Origin: Candidatus Saccharimonadia bacterium
Lineage (GTDB): Bacteria > Patescibacteriota > Saccharimonadia > UBA4664 > JBBRNT01
Assembly (NCBI GenBank): GCA_038230095.1
Contig: JBBRNT010000003.1
Coordinates: 9,811 to 73,810 of the forward strand
Direction: 5' to 3'
Length of the DNA: 64,000 nucleotides
Numbering within the stretch: the stretch's first letter is position 1; every line of letters begins with the position of its first letter. The notes below the pieces were generated by a model, which saw nothing but the letters and a program-made list of their open reading frames with translations, searched no databases and was not told the DNA's origin. Position numbers and translations under genes: made by a program. Shown here piece by piece: positions 36,966-46,244 of the stretch.

Positions 36966-37004
36966 CAAAAAACGCACCCGTGGCCGCCCGCGGGTGCGTT
37001 TTTA
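36966..37004 (+). terminator. bidirectional rho-independent terminator (aacgcacccg...cgggtgcgtt + T5)
   Basis: Between convergent gatD and the minus-strand membrane gene. Confidence 0.8.
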
Positions 37005-37015
37005 CTATAATCCGA

Positions 37016-37735
37016 CTAGTCGCGCTTGTCGCTACCTAAGCCGACCCGCAGGTTGGCTACAGCTGAATTAATAGACTTTTCGGCGGCACTTTTACCACCC
37101 AGGCCAAAGGCCAGGCCACCGGCCAGCGCTAGCATGGCGACAATGGCGGTAAACAGGCGGTCTAGGAATAGCGTATTTACGCCAAGCTGAGCCAGGGTCG
37201 TAAAGGCAACAATGGTCAAAATGGCGTACTTAGCTAGGTTCGAAAGGAATACCGAGGCGCGAGCGCCCACGGCGACGGCGCCGCTGAGTACTAGGCGGCT
37301 GGTCAGATCTGCGACCACAAATCCTACTAAGACGAGTACTGCAGCGACCAGAACATTGGGAACATATCCAAGGAGCTTGGAAATGACATTATTGACGTCC
37401 TCTAGGTGGGCAATTGTGAGGGCCTGGAGTAGAAACACGATTACAAAGAACCACTTCACAAGGTCCCCTATGAAACCGGCAATATCAAACTTACCAGGGA
37501 ATACTTTGCCAAGGCCTACACGGTCCGTGAGGCCCTTGAGCTTGATCGCGCGTAGGACGCGCACCACCACCGACTTGAGTACGACACCGACGACCACACC
37601 GACGAGCAGGACAATTAGAGCCGCCAACAGATCTGGCAGGAAACTAAATACTTTGCTGAGCGAATTGCCGACACCGGTAGATACCGAATCGGCCCATCCG
37701 CCTACAGAATTTGATTGCACACAACCTCCACTCAT
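37016..37735 (-). CDS. membrane protein with conserved-TM-helix repeats (mechanosensitive-channel N-terminal-like)
   Basis: 239 aa, 4-5 TM helices; family call tentative. Confidence 0.45.
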   Translation of the reverse strand: MSGGCVQSNSVGGWADSVSTGVGNSLSKVFSFLPDLLAALIVLLVGVVVGVVLKSVVVRVLRAIKLKGLTDRVGLGKVFPGKFDIAGFIGDLVKWFFVIVFLLQALTIAHLEDVNNVISKLLGYVPNVLVAAVLVLVGFVVADLTSRLVLSGAVAVGARASVFLSNLAKYAILTIVAFTTLAQLGVNTLFLDRLFTAIVAMLALAGGLAFGLGGKSAAEKSINSAVANLRVGLGSDKRD

Positions 37736-37807
37736 TATTACTTAATCCTGTCATACTCCTTATGGCGCCTGATTGTCAAATTATGCTACTTGCCGATAGG
37801 AGACTTC

Positions 37808-39166
37808 ATGCTTATGCTTATGCTGATGCGTGCAAGGAAACCAAAATTTGTGAAACACGGCCCGCGGGTAGTTACGCGTGAAGGCCAGAAGGGTATTGGC
37901 GGTCTGCTCCGTATCCTCGGTCCTGGCATTATTACTGGTGCTGCCGATGATGATCCGTCGGGTATAGCAACGTACTCGCAGGCCGGTGCCCAGTACGGCT
38001 TCCATATGCCATGGACTATGCTTTTCACCTACCCACTCATGACAGCGGTCCAGGAGGCCTGCATGCGCATTGGCGCGGTCACGGGCAAGGGGCTGGCGGC
38101 GATTGTGCGCGAGAACTACTCACGGCGCATCCTGTACCCGGTGGTACTGCTGGTGGTGCTGGCAAATACGCTCAATATTGGCTCGGACATTGGCGCTATG
38201 GCAGCGAGCGCTAAGCTGGTACTACCAGGCCTACCATTCTCGCTCCTTGCGGTGGCATTCTCGCTCGTCATGCTCATACTCGAGGTGTTTGTGTCCTACC
38301 GCACTTATGTGCGCATACTGAAGTGGCTGGCGCTGGCGCTGTTTGCTTACTTTATTACTGCTTTTCTAGTGGCGGTGCCGTGGGCGGAGGTGCTGCGGGC
38401 TACCCTGGTGCCTCACGTGGAATTTACTAAGGAGTACCTGTACATAATTGTGGCCATATTTGGTACCACTATCTCCCCGTACCTATTCTTCTGGCAGACG
38501 AGTGAGGTGGTGGAGGACGAGATAGCGGAGCACCGGCTACCGCAGAAGGGTGGTATCCCTAGGCTCACTAAGCCCTACCTGCGACGGTTACGCATAGACA
38601 CCTGGGTGGGTATGCTGTTCTCCAATGTGTCTGCCTGGTTCATGATTGTGGTTGGCGCGGTGGTACTGAACCATGCTGGTATTACCACTATTAATTCTGC
38701 GGCTGATGCAGCAAGGGCACTGGAGCCGCTGGTGCACACGTTCCCGAACGCTGGGGCGCTGGCCAAGCTTATCTTCGCGGTAGGAGTTGTAGGTATTGGA
38801 CTCATGAGCGTGCCGGTATTGGCTGGCTCCTCGTCCTACGCTATTGCTGAGACCTTTAGCTGGAAGGAAGGTCTGTCGCGCAAGTTCACCCAAGCACGCG
38901 GATTCTACCTGGTGATTATATTTGGAACCCTGGGTGGATTGCTATTTAACTTTGTAGGCTTTGATCCGATTAAGGCACTGGTGTTCACGTCAGTGTTCAA
39001 TGGTATTGCCGCCGTGCCACTCATCTTCTTGATTGCACGGGTCTCTAGCAGGGCGGACATTATGGGTGAACACAAAAGTGGCAAGTACTCTAAGGCTGGT
39101 CTATGGATAGCATTTTCGGTGATGGCAGTGTTTGCTCTGGCTCTCCTGGCCTCCTTTGTTATCTAG
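37808..39166 (+). CDS. mntH: NRAMP-family divalent metal transporter
   Basis: GPGIITGAADDDPSGIATYSQAGAQYGF and MPWTMLF signatures; 11 TM; start at first ATG of an ATGCTT ATGCTT ATGCTG ATG run with aggaga RBS. Confidence 0.85.
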   Translation: MLMLMLMRARKPKFVKHGPRVVTREGQKGIGGLLRILGPGIITGAADDDPSGIATYSQAGAQYGFHMPWTMLFTYPLMTAVQEACMRIGAVTGKGLAAIVRENYSRRILYPVVLLVVLANTLNIGSDIGAMAASAKLVLPGLPFSLLAVAFSLVMLILEVFVSYRTYVRILKWLALALFAYFITAFLVAVPWAEVLRATLVPHVEFTKEYLYIIVAIFGTTISPYLFFWQTSEVVEDEIAEHRLPQKGGIPRLTKPYLRRLRIDTWVGMLFSNVSAWFMIVVGAVVLNHAGITTINSAADAARALEPLVHTFPNAGALAKLIFAVGVVGIGLMSVPVLAGSSSYAIAETFSWKEGLSRKFTQARGFYLVIIFGTLGGLLFNFVGFDPIKALVFTSVFNGIAAVPLIFLIARVSSRADIMGEHKSGKYSKAGLWIAFSVMAVFALALLASFVI

Positions 39167-39273
39167 GCTCGCAAATGGTGACTGTCAGTAAGTGATTGTG
39201 GCTGTTTCGCAAAGTCTGCTATAATTTTGTTCGAATACCAGGTGGTGTTTCTAACCCGCAACGGGAGTACTAC

Positions 39274-39969
39274 ATGTTCGAGCAATTGTTTGGTTCAAAA
39301 ACCCGGGTCAAGCTGCTGAGCCTATTTCTGAATAATCCAGAACGGCCATACTACGTGCGCGAAATAACTCGCAAGATTGACGAGCAGATTAACTCCGTCC
39401 GTCGTGAGCTCTCCAATATGCTCTCAATCGGTATCATCAAATCTGACTCGGCCAATAACCGACTGTATTATCAGGCCAATACCAAGTACCAATACTATCC
39501 AGAGCTCCAGAAAATATTCTCAACAATCCCAATTAAGAGCCGCGTAGCCAAAGAAACCAAGGAAGAGGACCAGATAGCTACCAAGCTGCGTAGTACGGGC
39601 TCAATAGAGCTGGCCTTTCTGACGGGTAGCTTTGTCCGCGAGGACTATGTGAACATAGACCTGCTCATTGTAGGCGATGTTAACCGTGCGAAGGTAGGTA
39701 AGGTGGTGGGGGAGATAGAAAAAGAGCTGGCGCGCGAGGTAAACTACGCCATATTCACGCCAGCAGACTTTAACTACCGGATGACGCTGAATGACCGGTT
39801 TCTGGCTACGGTTATGGATGCCAAGCGCATAGTACTCATAGATGCCAAGGCTAATGACAAACCGGCGGCTATTGTGGGCCCTGACATGGAGCCTGACGAC
39901 GGATGGGGTGCGCCTGCCTTTGCGCCGATTAGCGATACCAATTTTACTGAAGATGAGGAGTTGATCTAA
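39274..39969 (+). CDS. winged-helix DNA-binding protein with C-terminal nucleotidyltransferase-like domain
   Basis: N-terminal HTH (TRVKLLSLFLNNPERPYYVREI) and C-terminal LAFLTGSFVRED..DLLIVGD region; gggag RBS. Confidence 0.45.
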   Translation: MFEQLFGSKTRVKLLSLFLNNPERPYYVREITRKIDEQINSVRRELSNMLSIGIIKSDSANNRLYYQANTKYQYYPELQKIFSTIPIKSRVAKETKEEDQIATKLRSTGSIELAFLTGSFVREDYVNIDLLIVGDVNRAKVGKVVGEIEKELAREVNYAIFTPADFNYRMTLNDRFLATVMDAKRIVLIDAKANDKPAAIVGPDMEPDDGWGAPAFAPISDTNFTEDEELI

Positions 39970-40580
39970 TGGACATTACTTACCTAGGAGCTGGTTCAGT
40001 CCGGCTGGCTGCACGCGGGCTTAGCATTGTGTGCGACCCGGCTGCCGGGACCAAAGTGACAGGGGAGGTGGTAACCATCTCGAGCCCAGACGTGAAGGCC
40101 GCTACAGCTGGCGCTAAGATGGTGCTCGAGACCCCTGGCGAGTTTGAGATAGCCGGCAGCCTGGTTGTCGGTATACCTACTAGACTGCACGTAGACGAAG
40201 CCGGTGAGCGCGGGACGGCCTACACTGTAACTATCGAGGGCGTACGGGTAGCAGTTCTGGGCAACATTGCCCCTGAGCTGACGGGCGAACAGCTTGAGGC
40301 GATCGGTGAAGTGCATGTACTGGTAATCCCAGTCGGTGGTCACGGCCTTACCCTTGACGCTGAGGCCGCTGCCGCCCTGGTTGGCCAGCTGGAGCCACGC
40401 TATGTTATACCAGTCCACTACGACGACGGCGTTACCGTCTATCCTATTCCCCAAGACAAGCTAGACACATTCCTGTCAGCTGTGGGTATGCACTCCGAGC
40501 CAGTAGCAAAGCTAAAAGTGACGGAGAAGGATCTGCCAGCCGAGACGACGGTGGTGGTACTTGAGCCTCAGATGGGCTAG
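39969..40580 (+). CDS. metallo-beta-lactamase-fold hydrolase (UlaG-like / Lactamase_B_3)
   Basis: ITYLGAGSVRL...VCDP start and HYDD...motifs; TAATG overlap. Confidence 0.65.
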   Translation: MDITYLGAGSVRLAARGLSIVCDPAAGTKVTGEVVTISSPDVKAATAGAKMVLETPGEFEIAGSLVVGIPTRLHVDEAGERGTAYTVTIEGVRVAVLGNIAPELTGEQLEAIGEVHVLVIPVGGHGLTLDAEAAAALVGQLEPRYVIPVHYDDGVTVYPIPQDKLDTFLSAVGMHSEPVAKLKVTEKDLPAETTVVVLEPQMG

Positions 40581-40610
40581 CCGTCCGGCGAACTTCTGTA
40601 GCAGACATAT

Positions 40611-40642
40611 ACTAAAAAGCCCCCTGAGTAGGGGGCTTTTTA
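40611..40642 (+). terminator. bidirectional rho-independent terminator (aaaagccccct-gagt-agggggctttt)
   Basis: Serves convergent genes 39969-40580(+) and rpmB(-). Confidence 0.85.
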
Positions 40643-40656
40643 GTAGCTGATTGAGA

Positions 40657-40953
40657 TTAGGCTTGGGCGGGGGCTTTGGTCTTGCTTGTAGTCTTATTCC
40701 CAGCCTTAGTTTCGGTCTTGGTTTCCGCCTTGGCGGCTGTCTTTGCAGCAACGGCTTCGCCGGCCTGCTTCTTGTACTTGGCTAGAGTGCGGAGGCAGCT
40801 AGTGCAGATCTTGATCTGCAGGCGTGTTCCGTCGACCTCTAGCGTTTGACGCTGGAGGTTTGGTTTCCAAACTTTGTTGGTCTTGCGCTGTGAGAAACTC
40901 ACATTGTGACCAAACTGTTTTCCTTTTCCGCAGATTTCGCAGGCATATGCCAT
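40657..40953 (-). CDS. rpmB: 50S ribosomal protein L28 with Lys/Ala/Thr-rich C-terminal extension
   Basis: MAYACEICGKGKQFGHNVSFSQRKTNKVWKPNLQ matches L28; about 35-aa basic tail. Confidence 0.9.
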   Translation of the reverse strand: MAYACEICGKGKQFGHNVSFSQRKTNKVWKPNLQRQTLEVDGTRLQIKICTSCLRTLAKYKKQAGEAVAAKTAAKAETKTETKAGNKTTSKTKAPAQA

Positions 40954-41027
40954 AAAGCACCGAATTAACTCTCCGATATTAGCTTATCTAGAGAGAAATG
41001 TCAATCTGATCGTAGGTGAGGTAGAAT

Positions 41028-41660
41028 ATGAGCATGATTCTGGGTTTCGTGTACATATTTGTGGCGCTACTACTGGCGATTGTACTGCATGAGTTCGCGC
41101 ACGCCCTCGTAGGGCACTGGCTTGGCGATGGCACGGCCCAGGCGCATGGTCGGCTCACGCTGAACCCGCTGGCCCATATAGACCCGCTGACAACCGTTCT
41201 GATGCCTCTGTTGCTCATCATTGCCCACTCACCGGTGGTATTTGGTGCGGCGAAGCCAGTGCCGTTCAACCCCTGGGCGGTCCGCTACGGTAAGTGGGGG
41301 GTGGTGATGGTGTCGCTGGCTGGTCCAGCTACGAACTTTCTCATTGCCGCGTTCTTTGCACTCTGGCTGCGGGTGGGGCTGGTGGCGCCGGCTGGGTATG
41401 AGCTATTTATCCGGATTATTATTACCAATGTGGGGTTTGGGTTTTTTAATCTTATTCCGTTTCCGCCGCTCGATGGCTCACGTCTGCTATATGCCGTGGC
41501 GCCGCATGGGCTGCGAGACGTTATGGACCGGATTGAGAAGGCGGGGCTTGCCGCGGTGTTTGTGTTCCTGTTTATCTTGGGCCCATTTGTACTGCCGTAT
41601 CTAAATGTACTTATTGGCTCAGTGGTTCAGTTCCTGATCCCGGGTCTCACTAGTCTATAG
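41028..41660 (+). CDS. site-2 protease family (M50) zinc metalloprotease
   Basis: HEFAH zinc motif inside TM helix, LDGS motif. Confidence 0.85.
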   Translation: MSMILGFVYIFVALLLAIVLHEFAHALVGHWLGDGTAQAHGRLTLNPLAHIDPLTTVLMPLLLIIAHSPVVFGAAKPVPFNPWAVRYGKWGVVMVSLAGPATNFLIAAFFALWLRVGLVAPAGYELFIRIIITNVGFGFFNLIPFPPLDGSRLLYAVAPHGLRDVMDRIEKAGLAAVFVFLFILGPFVLPYLNVLIGSVVQFLIPGLTSL

Positions 41661-41884
41661 TCGACAGGCGGCTCGCCCGGTATACTAGAAGGGTCTCTGC
41701 CTCATTCGCTGATGGCTGCTTATTTTTCTCTGTTATATTCTTTTTGGGAGCCTAAGATTGCTCCTGGCCTTGGCCTGGATGCTGCGGGCACCCACCTGCT
41801 ACTTGGCAGGGAAAGAATGTGCGGTCGGGCGGTGAAGCGGAGCGCAATTATTTGACGGCTATGGCCGTCCTTCTCGTTGGCGAT

Positions 41885-41912
41885 GACAAACGGGTCCTGA
41901 GTCCTTATAATG
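41885..41912 (+). promoter_or_regulatory. promoter TGACAA-16-TATAAT for tRNA-Pro
   Basis: Near-consensus hexamers; -10 ends 12 nt before the tRNA 5' end. Confidence 0.55.
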
Positions 41913-41924
41913 TGACAGTTGCTA

Positions 41925-42000
41925 CAGGGTGTAGCTTAGTTGGTAAAGCGCTGGGCTGGGGGTCCAGAGACCGCAGGTTCAAGTCCTGTCACCCTGACCA
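41925..42000 (+). tRNA. tRNA-Pro (anticodon GGG), CCA encoded
   Basis: cagggtg acceptor, anticodon arm ctggg-ctGGGgg-tccag, T-arm gcagg-ttcaagt-cctgt. Confidence 0.88.
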
Positions 42001-42002
42001 AG

Positions 42003-42066
42003 TCAAAACCTGCCTTTCAGCTTGCATCTCTCAGACACGAGATTTCAGCTCAGGGCAGGTTTTTGG
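42003..42066 (+). terminator. long hairpin terminator (aaaacctgcc...gggcaggttttt)
   Basis: 10-bp terminal stem + T5. Confidence 0.6.
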
Positions 42067-42137
42067 TTCCTGGGCAGCACGGGGGAGCTGTTTGTGACGT
42101 GGTTTTGTTTGGTGAGCGGCTGCGATAGACTAGTCCT

Positions 42138-42689
42138 ATGATTACGTTCCAACCCTACGACGAGCGGCACCACGCCGAGCAGCTGCGAGACTGGCTGAAC
42201 ACCCCCCATGTCTACGCCTGGTGGGGCAGGGAGCGCCTGCCTGAGTCTATTGGCGGGGCGGGGAAGGCCGCGGCCACGCTAGATGAGGTGCACCGAGACT
42301 TCGGAGTGGGTGATGCTGATACACACTATTACATGACGCTACTTGATGGCCGGCCAATAGGGCTTACACAGTGGTGCCGGGTGGATGACTATGCGGGCTA
42401 CCCAGAAATGTTAGGCGTGGTGGACGCTGTAGGGATTGATCTGCTGATTGGCGAGGAGGGGGCTACCGGTAGGGGTATTGGTACGCGGATAATCCGCCAA
42501 TTCACCCAGAAAGTGGCTATGCCGGGCTCGGGCTTGAACGTAGCTGTGGCGGACCCGGAGGAGGCCAATGTGGCGTCCTGGCGGGCATTTGAGAAAGCTG
42601 GCTACAGGCACATTAAGACATTTGAGGGTGAGCGCGGGCATGTGACACGGCTAATGATGTTCAGCGAAGAGCCTGCTTCTAGTAATTAA
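42138..42689 (+). CDS. GNAT-family acetyltransferase (aminoglycoside-N-acetyltransferase-like)
   Basis: 183 aa; RGIGTRIIRQF acetyl-CoA-binding region. Confidence 0.65.
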   Translation: MITFQPYDERHHAEQLRDWLNTPHVYAWWGRERLPESIGGAGKAAATLDEVHRDFGVGDADTHYYMTLLDGRPIGLTQWCRVDDYAGYPEMLGVVDAVGIDLLIGEEGATGRGIGTRIIRQFTQKVAMPGSGLNVAVADPEEANVASWRAFEKAGYRHIKTFEGERGHVTRLMMFSEEPASSN

Positions 42690-42734
42690 CCAGTAACATG
42701 GTTATGCTTGAGACAATTAACTGGAGCGCGTGCT

Positions 42735-43457
42735 ATGATGCGCCGTTTGCTGAATATTCGCCTGAGCTTCTTCTACCCAATTGTATTTATTGCTTTCCTG
42801 CTTATCCTGACACACATAAAACGAGTGACACTGACGAGCGGGCAGTTAACGCTCTTCTCGGTAAACTCCTTCCTATATGCCTACTATCTGGGGCCTATTC
42901 TAGGGGCTCAGAAAGCGCGCGTGGACGACCTGAGTAATACCGTACGATCAGAGAACATGGTCATGCTGGACATACTAGCGCAGGCCCATCTGCTGCCAGC
43001 AGCCGACCGCAAAGCGTTGAAAACCAGGGTGGCGGCCTACTTAGACAGTATTATTGGCAATCCAGATGTGGGGGCTGAGAATGAACACTATGATGCCTTG
43101 CTTCAGTTCCTGACTCAGGAGAAGTACAGGAGTAACTCGACTATGGGTACAATTCTTGCTCGATTCACGAAGACCCAAGAAAACCGCGATAAAATCTCTT
43201 TGCAGCTAGCACGCCGCATGTTTAGCCATGAGTGGATGGTGCTGCTGGTACTCTTCATGATTACCATCTACTTTATCGTTCAGGTTGACTATGGCAAGTC
43301 GCTGTTGTTTACAGTAATTGCAGCGCTCCTGTGCACTGGACTAAGCTTACTTATATTTATTTTGGCTAAATACGCTACACTTACCCATAAACAGGCTAAA
43401 CAGATCTGGAAGCCTCTCGAAAAGTTGCGCGCATCCCACTTTACGGATATTGCCTAG
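42735..43457 (+). CDS. hypothetical membrane protein (about 240 aa)
   Basis: ATGATG start; 2 N-terminal and 2 C-terminal TM helices. Confidence 0.5.
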   Translation: MMRRLLNIRLSFFYPIVFIAFLLILTHIKRVTLTSGQLTLFSVNSFLYAYYLGPILGAQKARVDDLSNTVRSENMVMLDILAQAHLLPAADRKALKTRVAAYLDSIIGNPDVGAENEHYDALLQFLTQEKYRSNSTMGTILARFTKTQENRDKISLQLARRMFSHEWMVLLVLFMITIYFIVQVDYGKSLLFTVIAALLCTGLSLLIFILAKYATLTHKQAKQIWKPLEKLRASHFTDIA

Positions 43458-43602
43458 ACTGGTAACTATCGTTAGCATTGTTGTTTTAAATACAACAAAA
43501 GTTAACTCAATTCCACCTGAAAACACCAAGTAGGCGTTTTGAGGGCTGAGACTTGGGGGATGGCGTTGGTGAGTCTTCACATAGCTAGCACCTAGGACCA
43601 GA

Positions 43603-43634
43603 AAGATTGAAAAATATACTCGTATCTGGTATAA
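43603..43634 (+). promoter_or_regulatory. rnpB promoter TTGAAA-17-tcTGGTATAAT
   Basis: Extended -10 of the recurring motif; TSS about 43641. Confidence 0.6.
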
Positions 43635-43640
43635 TAGATA

Positions 43641-44041
43641 AGCTAGATTGCTAGATGATCGCTTAGGCTGCAAGGCCTGGGAGGAAAGTCCGGACAGCAT
43701 AGAGTAGGACGGTTGCTAACGGCAACCGGGAGTACGTTCGACCATTCTTTCTCTCGAGAAAAGACCGGTCGAGCCAAGCCTAGGGAAAGTGCCACAGAAA
43801 CGAAACCACCCAGCGTAAGCTGGGAACGGGTGAAACGCGCGAGGTAAAAGCTCGTAGTCGCCATGGGTGACCATGGTGGGAGGCAAACCCCGTCCGCTGC
43901 AAGGCAGTTAGTCTACCCCAAGGGGCGTTACTCGCGTCGACTAACGGGTGTCCGCACGAGACTATTGGCAACAATAGTCCCAGATAGATGATCATCGCCC
44001 TGCAAGGGGAGACAGAATCCGGCTTACCGGCAATCTGGCAC
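43641..44041 (+). ncRNA. rnpB: RNase P RNA, bacterial type A
   Basis: GGAAAGTCCGG (P4 5' strand), gccacAGAAA, ACAGAATCCGGCTTA (P4 3' strand), P1 pairing agattgc/gcaatct; about 400 nt without ORFs. Confidence 0.85.
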
Positions 44042-44045
44042 TAGA

Positions 44046-44078
44046 ATACTCACTCCTAGGAGAGAGTATTTTTGTTTT
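44046..44078 (+). terminator. terminator hairpin after rnpB (atactc...gagtat + TTTTGTTTTG)
   Basis: 6-bp stem + T-rich tail. Confidence 0.55.
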
Positions 44079-44112
44079 GAGCTATACTGCATTCAAAGTA
44101 TGGAGACGTGTA

Positions 44113-45105
44113 ATGAGTGCCCTGGAGCATGAAGGTAGCGAGCAGTCTGCAACAAGCATAGATACAGCACAACAGCTGAGTAGCGAGCTAGAGGCTATTC
44201 ACACTGTGGCAGAGGTAGCTGATGACAGTAGCGAGTCCGCTCCCCTCATGCCCGAGCGCGAAGCGGTGGAGCATGGCCACTGGTCCGAGCCATTTCCAGA
44301 TTGGATGGAGAAAATGCGAGATCCGGAAATGGGCTTCTATCCGGCAAAAGTGGCTGAGCTGAAGCGCATATTTGCCTTACTAGACCATGCCAGTGACGAT
44401 GAGTTGCGCATTGGTTTCGGCACCATCGGACTGCCGCCGGATGTGATTGCTACTATACCCGGGGACGAGCGCGAAGCATTTTGTCACCTAGATGACCTAG
44501 AGCTCCAACTCCCATTAGGATCTAAGAAGAGAATGGAAGAGGGGAGCTGGGAGTCGGGGGTTATGGCTCGACTCACCGAAAGGCTGCCGGATACATTTAC
44601 GCTCATTCGAGCAGATATGAAGCGGCTGGGAATAGAGGAGTGGGGCCTGGAACCGGTAGCTATTCGTGCAAATCATACCTACATGGTAAAGCCGCCGGGC
44701 GGTAACCCAGGATGGCACCTGGATAACCTCAACTCCGAATACGATCCTAGGACCGTACGGTACCTTATGACGGATAATCTGCCGACTATGTCGCGAGTTG
44801 GGGAGGCCCATGTCGATCTAGGTGATCATATGGCTCGTATCTATGATGAATTTACCGGGGCACCAATACCGGAAACAGTTAGGCCTATGCACTATAAGCC
44901 GGGTACCGGGCTTTCAAATCACCTGATGGTTAATCCTGGTACGGCTGTCGTTGGCACTGCGGGAGATAATTTTGATATTATGCGATTCGGTTTAGCGGAT
45001 GAGCATGTGGCACCTTTTCTTGAAGGTGCTGGTGCTGATACACCTCAGCAGGAGATAACCCGGACGTTTGTATTCTTACAGGCGGTACCACCAAGGCCAG
45101 CCTAA
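44113..45105 (+). CDS. hypothetical protein, paralogue 1 of a tandem pair (possible HxD...H Fe(II)/2OG-oxygenase-like core)
   Basis: ATG 44113 with ggaga RBS (maximal ORF from TTG 44077); about 35% identical to the next gene over about 300 aa. Confidence 0.55.
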   Translation: MSALEHEGSEQSATSIDTAQQLSSELEAIHTVAEVADDSSESAPLMPEREAVEHGHWSEPFPDWMEKMRDPEMGFYPAKVAELKRIFALLDHASDDELRIGFGTIGLPPDVIATIPGDEREAFCHLDDLELQLPLGSKKRMEEGSWESGVMARLTERLPDTFTLIRADMKRLGIEEWGLEPVAIRANHTYMVKPPGGNPGWHLDNLNSEYDPRTVRYLMTDNLPTMSRVGEAHVDLGDHMARIYDEFTGAPIPETVRPMHYKPGTGLSNHLMVNPGTAVVGTAGDNFDIMRFGLADEHVAPFLEGAGADTPQQEITRTFVFLQAVPPRPA

Positions 45106-45124
45106 GACTTCGGATTCCGGCATC

Positions 45125-45133
45125 TGGTACAAT
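45125..45133 (+). promoter_or_regulatory. extended -10 promoter atcTGGTACAATgg
   Basis: Recurring motif; precedes paralogue 2. Confidence 0.5.
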
Positions 45134-45169
45134 GGCTGCAAAAATCTATGCACAAGAAAGGCAATATAC

Positions 45170-46210
45170 ATGCAAGACACTACTGAACTACCGCAAAAAG
45201 ATGAACGAGCAGATTTCTCAGGTGCTTCGCTTGCATTGGAGCTCGAGGCCTCATCTAGCGCTAACCCTGATAGTGACGGGCTCCTGGTGCTCACCCATGA
45301 AGATGAGCTATCGCCAGAGTCCCAGAAATCTGCTGAGGAACAGGCGTTGGACCTGCAGAGCCCGCATTGGTCTGCTGAGTTCCCGGATTGGGTAGAGCGC
45401 CTATCCGATCCCGAGCTGGGCTACCACCCCGCCAAGGTCAAGGAGATCAGGCGAATTCTACATTTGATCGAGAATGCCGATGAAGACTCGTTGAGAGTGG
45501 GCTTTGGTACGGTATCTTTGCCGGCCGATGTGGTCGGACGAGTTCCGCAGTCGGAGCAGCAGGCGTTTCGGGAACTTGATGATCTAGAATTGGAACGGCC
45601 ACTTTCTCCAGATAGAAAGCGCCTAGATTCAGAGTATGGGCGCCGCGTCATGCAAGAACTAGAAGCACGATTACCTGAAACTATCGCTGTAATCCGGGAG
45701 GATCTTCAAAGGCTAGGGCTAGCTGATTGGACCATCGGCCTGTTAGCAATTCGAGCCAATCATCCAACAGATGCGAAGGGTTTTGGATGGCATATTGATG
45801 ATCTAAGTAGCGAATATGATCCTCGGACGCCGCGCTGGCTGATAGCGGACAGAGTAGCAACCAACTCCATGGTTGGCGAGAACCATATCTCATTTGGCGG
45901 CGTCCATGACAACCCATATGATCAGTACACCGGGAAGATTCGGTCTCTTAAGCTAACCCCTGCGACCTATAAGCCGGGTGACCCGCTAGCCAATAGATTG
46001 GGGAGCCCACAAGGAGCGGTTGTAGAGGGTAGTGCAGGAGGAAATTATGATATTCAGCGCTTTGGCTTAGCAGATGTACACTGTGGTCCGTATACTAATG
46101 ATCCTGCGGTTGAAGCGGCACTGAACACTGAGAAACGTACGTTTATCTTCCTACATGCCTTGCCGCCAGATCAGTTACCAGAAGTTTCAGTAGACTGCCC
46201 AAGCTCTTAG
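45170..46210 (+). CDS. hypothetical protein, paralogue 2 of the tandem pair
   Basis: ATG 45170 downstream of its own promoter; shares HWS.EFPDW...GFGT..LP.DV...LDDLEL...AIRANH...WH.D.L.SEYDPRT...RFGLAD blocks with 44113-45105. Confidence 0.55.
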   Translation: MQDTTELPQKDERADFSGASLALELEASSSANPDSDGLLVLTHEDELSPESQKSAEEQALDLQSPHWSAEFPDWVERLSDPELGYHPAKVKEIRRILHLIENADEDSLRVGFGTVSLPADVVGRVPQSEQQAFRELDDLELERPLSPDRKRLDSEYGRRVMQELEARLPETIAVIREDLQRLGLADWTIGLLAIRANHPTDAKGFGWHIDDLSSEYDPRTPRWLIADRVATNSMVGENHISFGGVHDNPYDQYTGKIRSLKLTPATYKPGDPLANRLGSPQGAVVEGSAGGNYDIQRFGLADVHCGPYTNDPAVEAALNTEKRTFIFLHALPPDQLPEVSVDCPSS

Positions 46211-46221
46211 AGCCTGGTATC

Positions 46222-46230
46222 TGGTACAAT
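46222..46230 (+). promoter_or_regulatory. extended -10 promoter atcTGGTACAATag
   Basis: -10 ends 14 nt before ATG 46245 (very short leader). Confidence 0.5.
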
Positions 46231-46244
46231 AGCCACATCATTCT

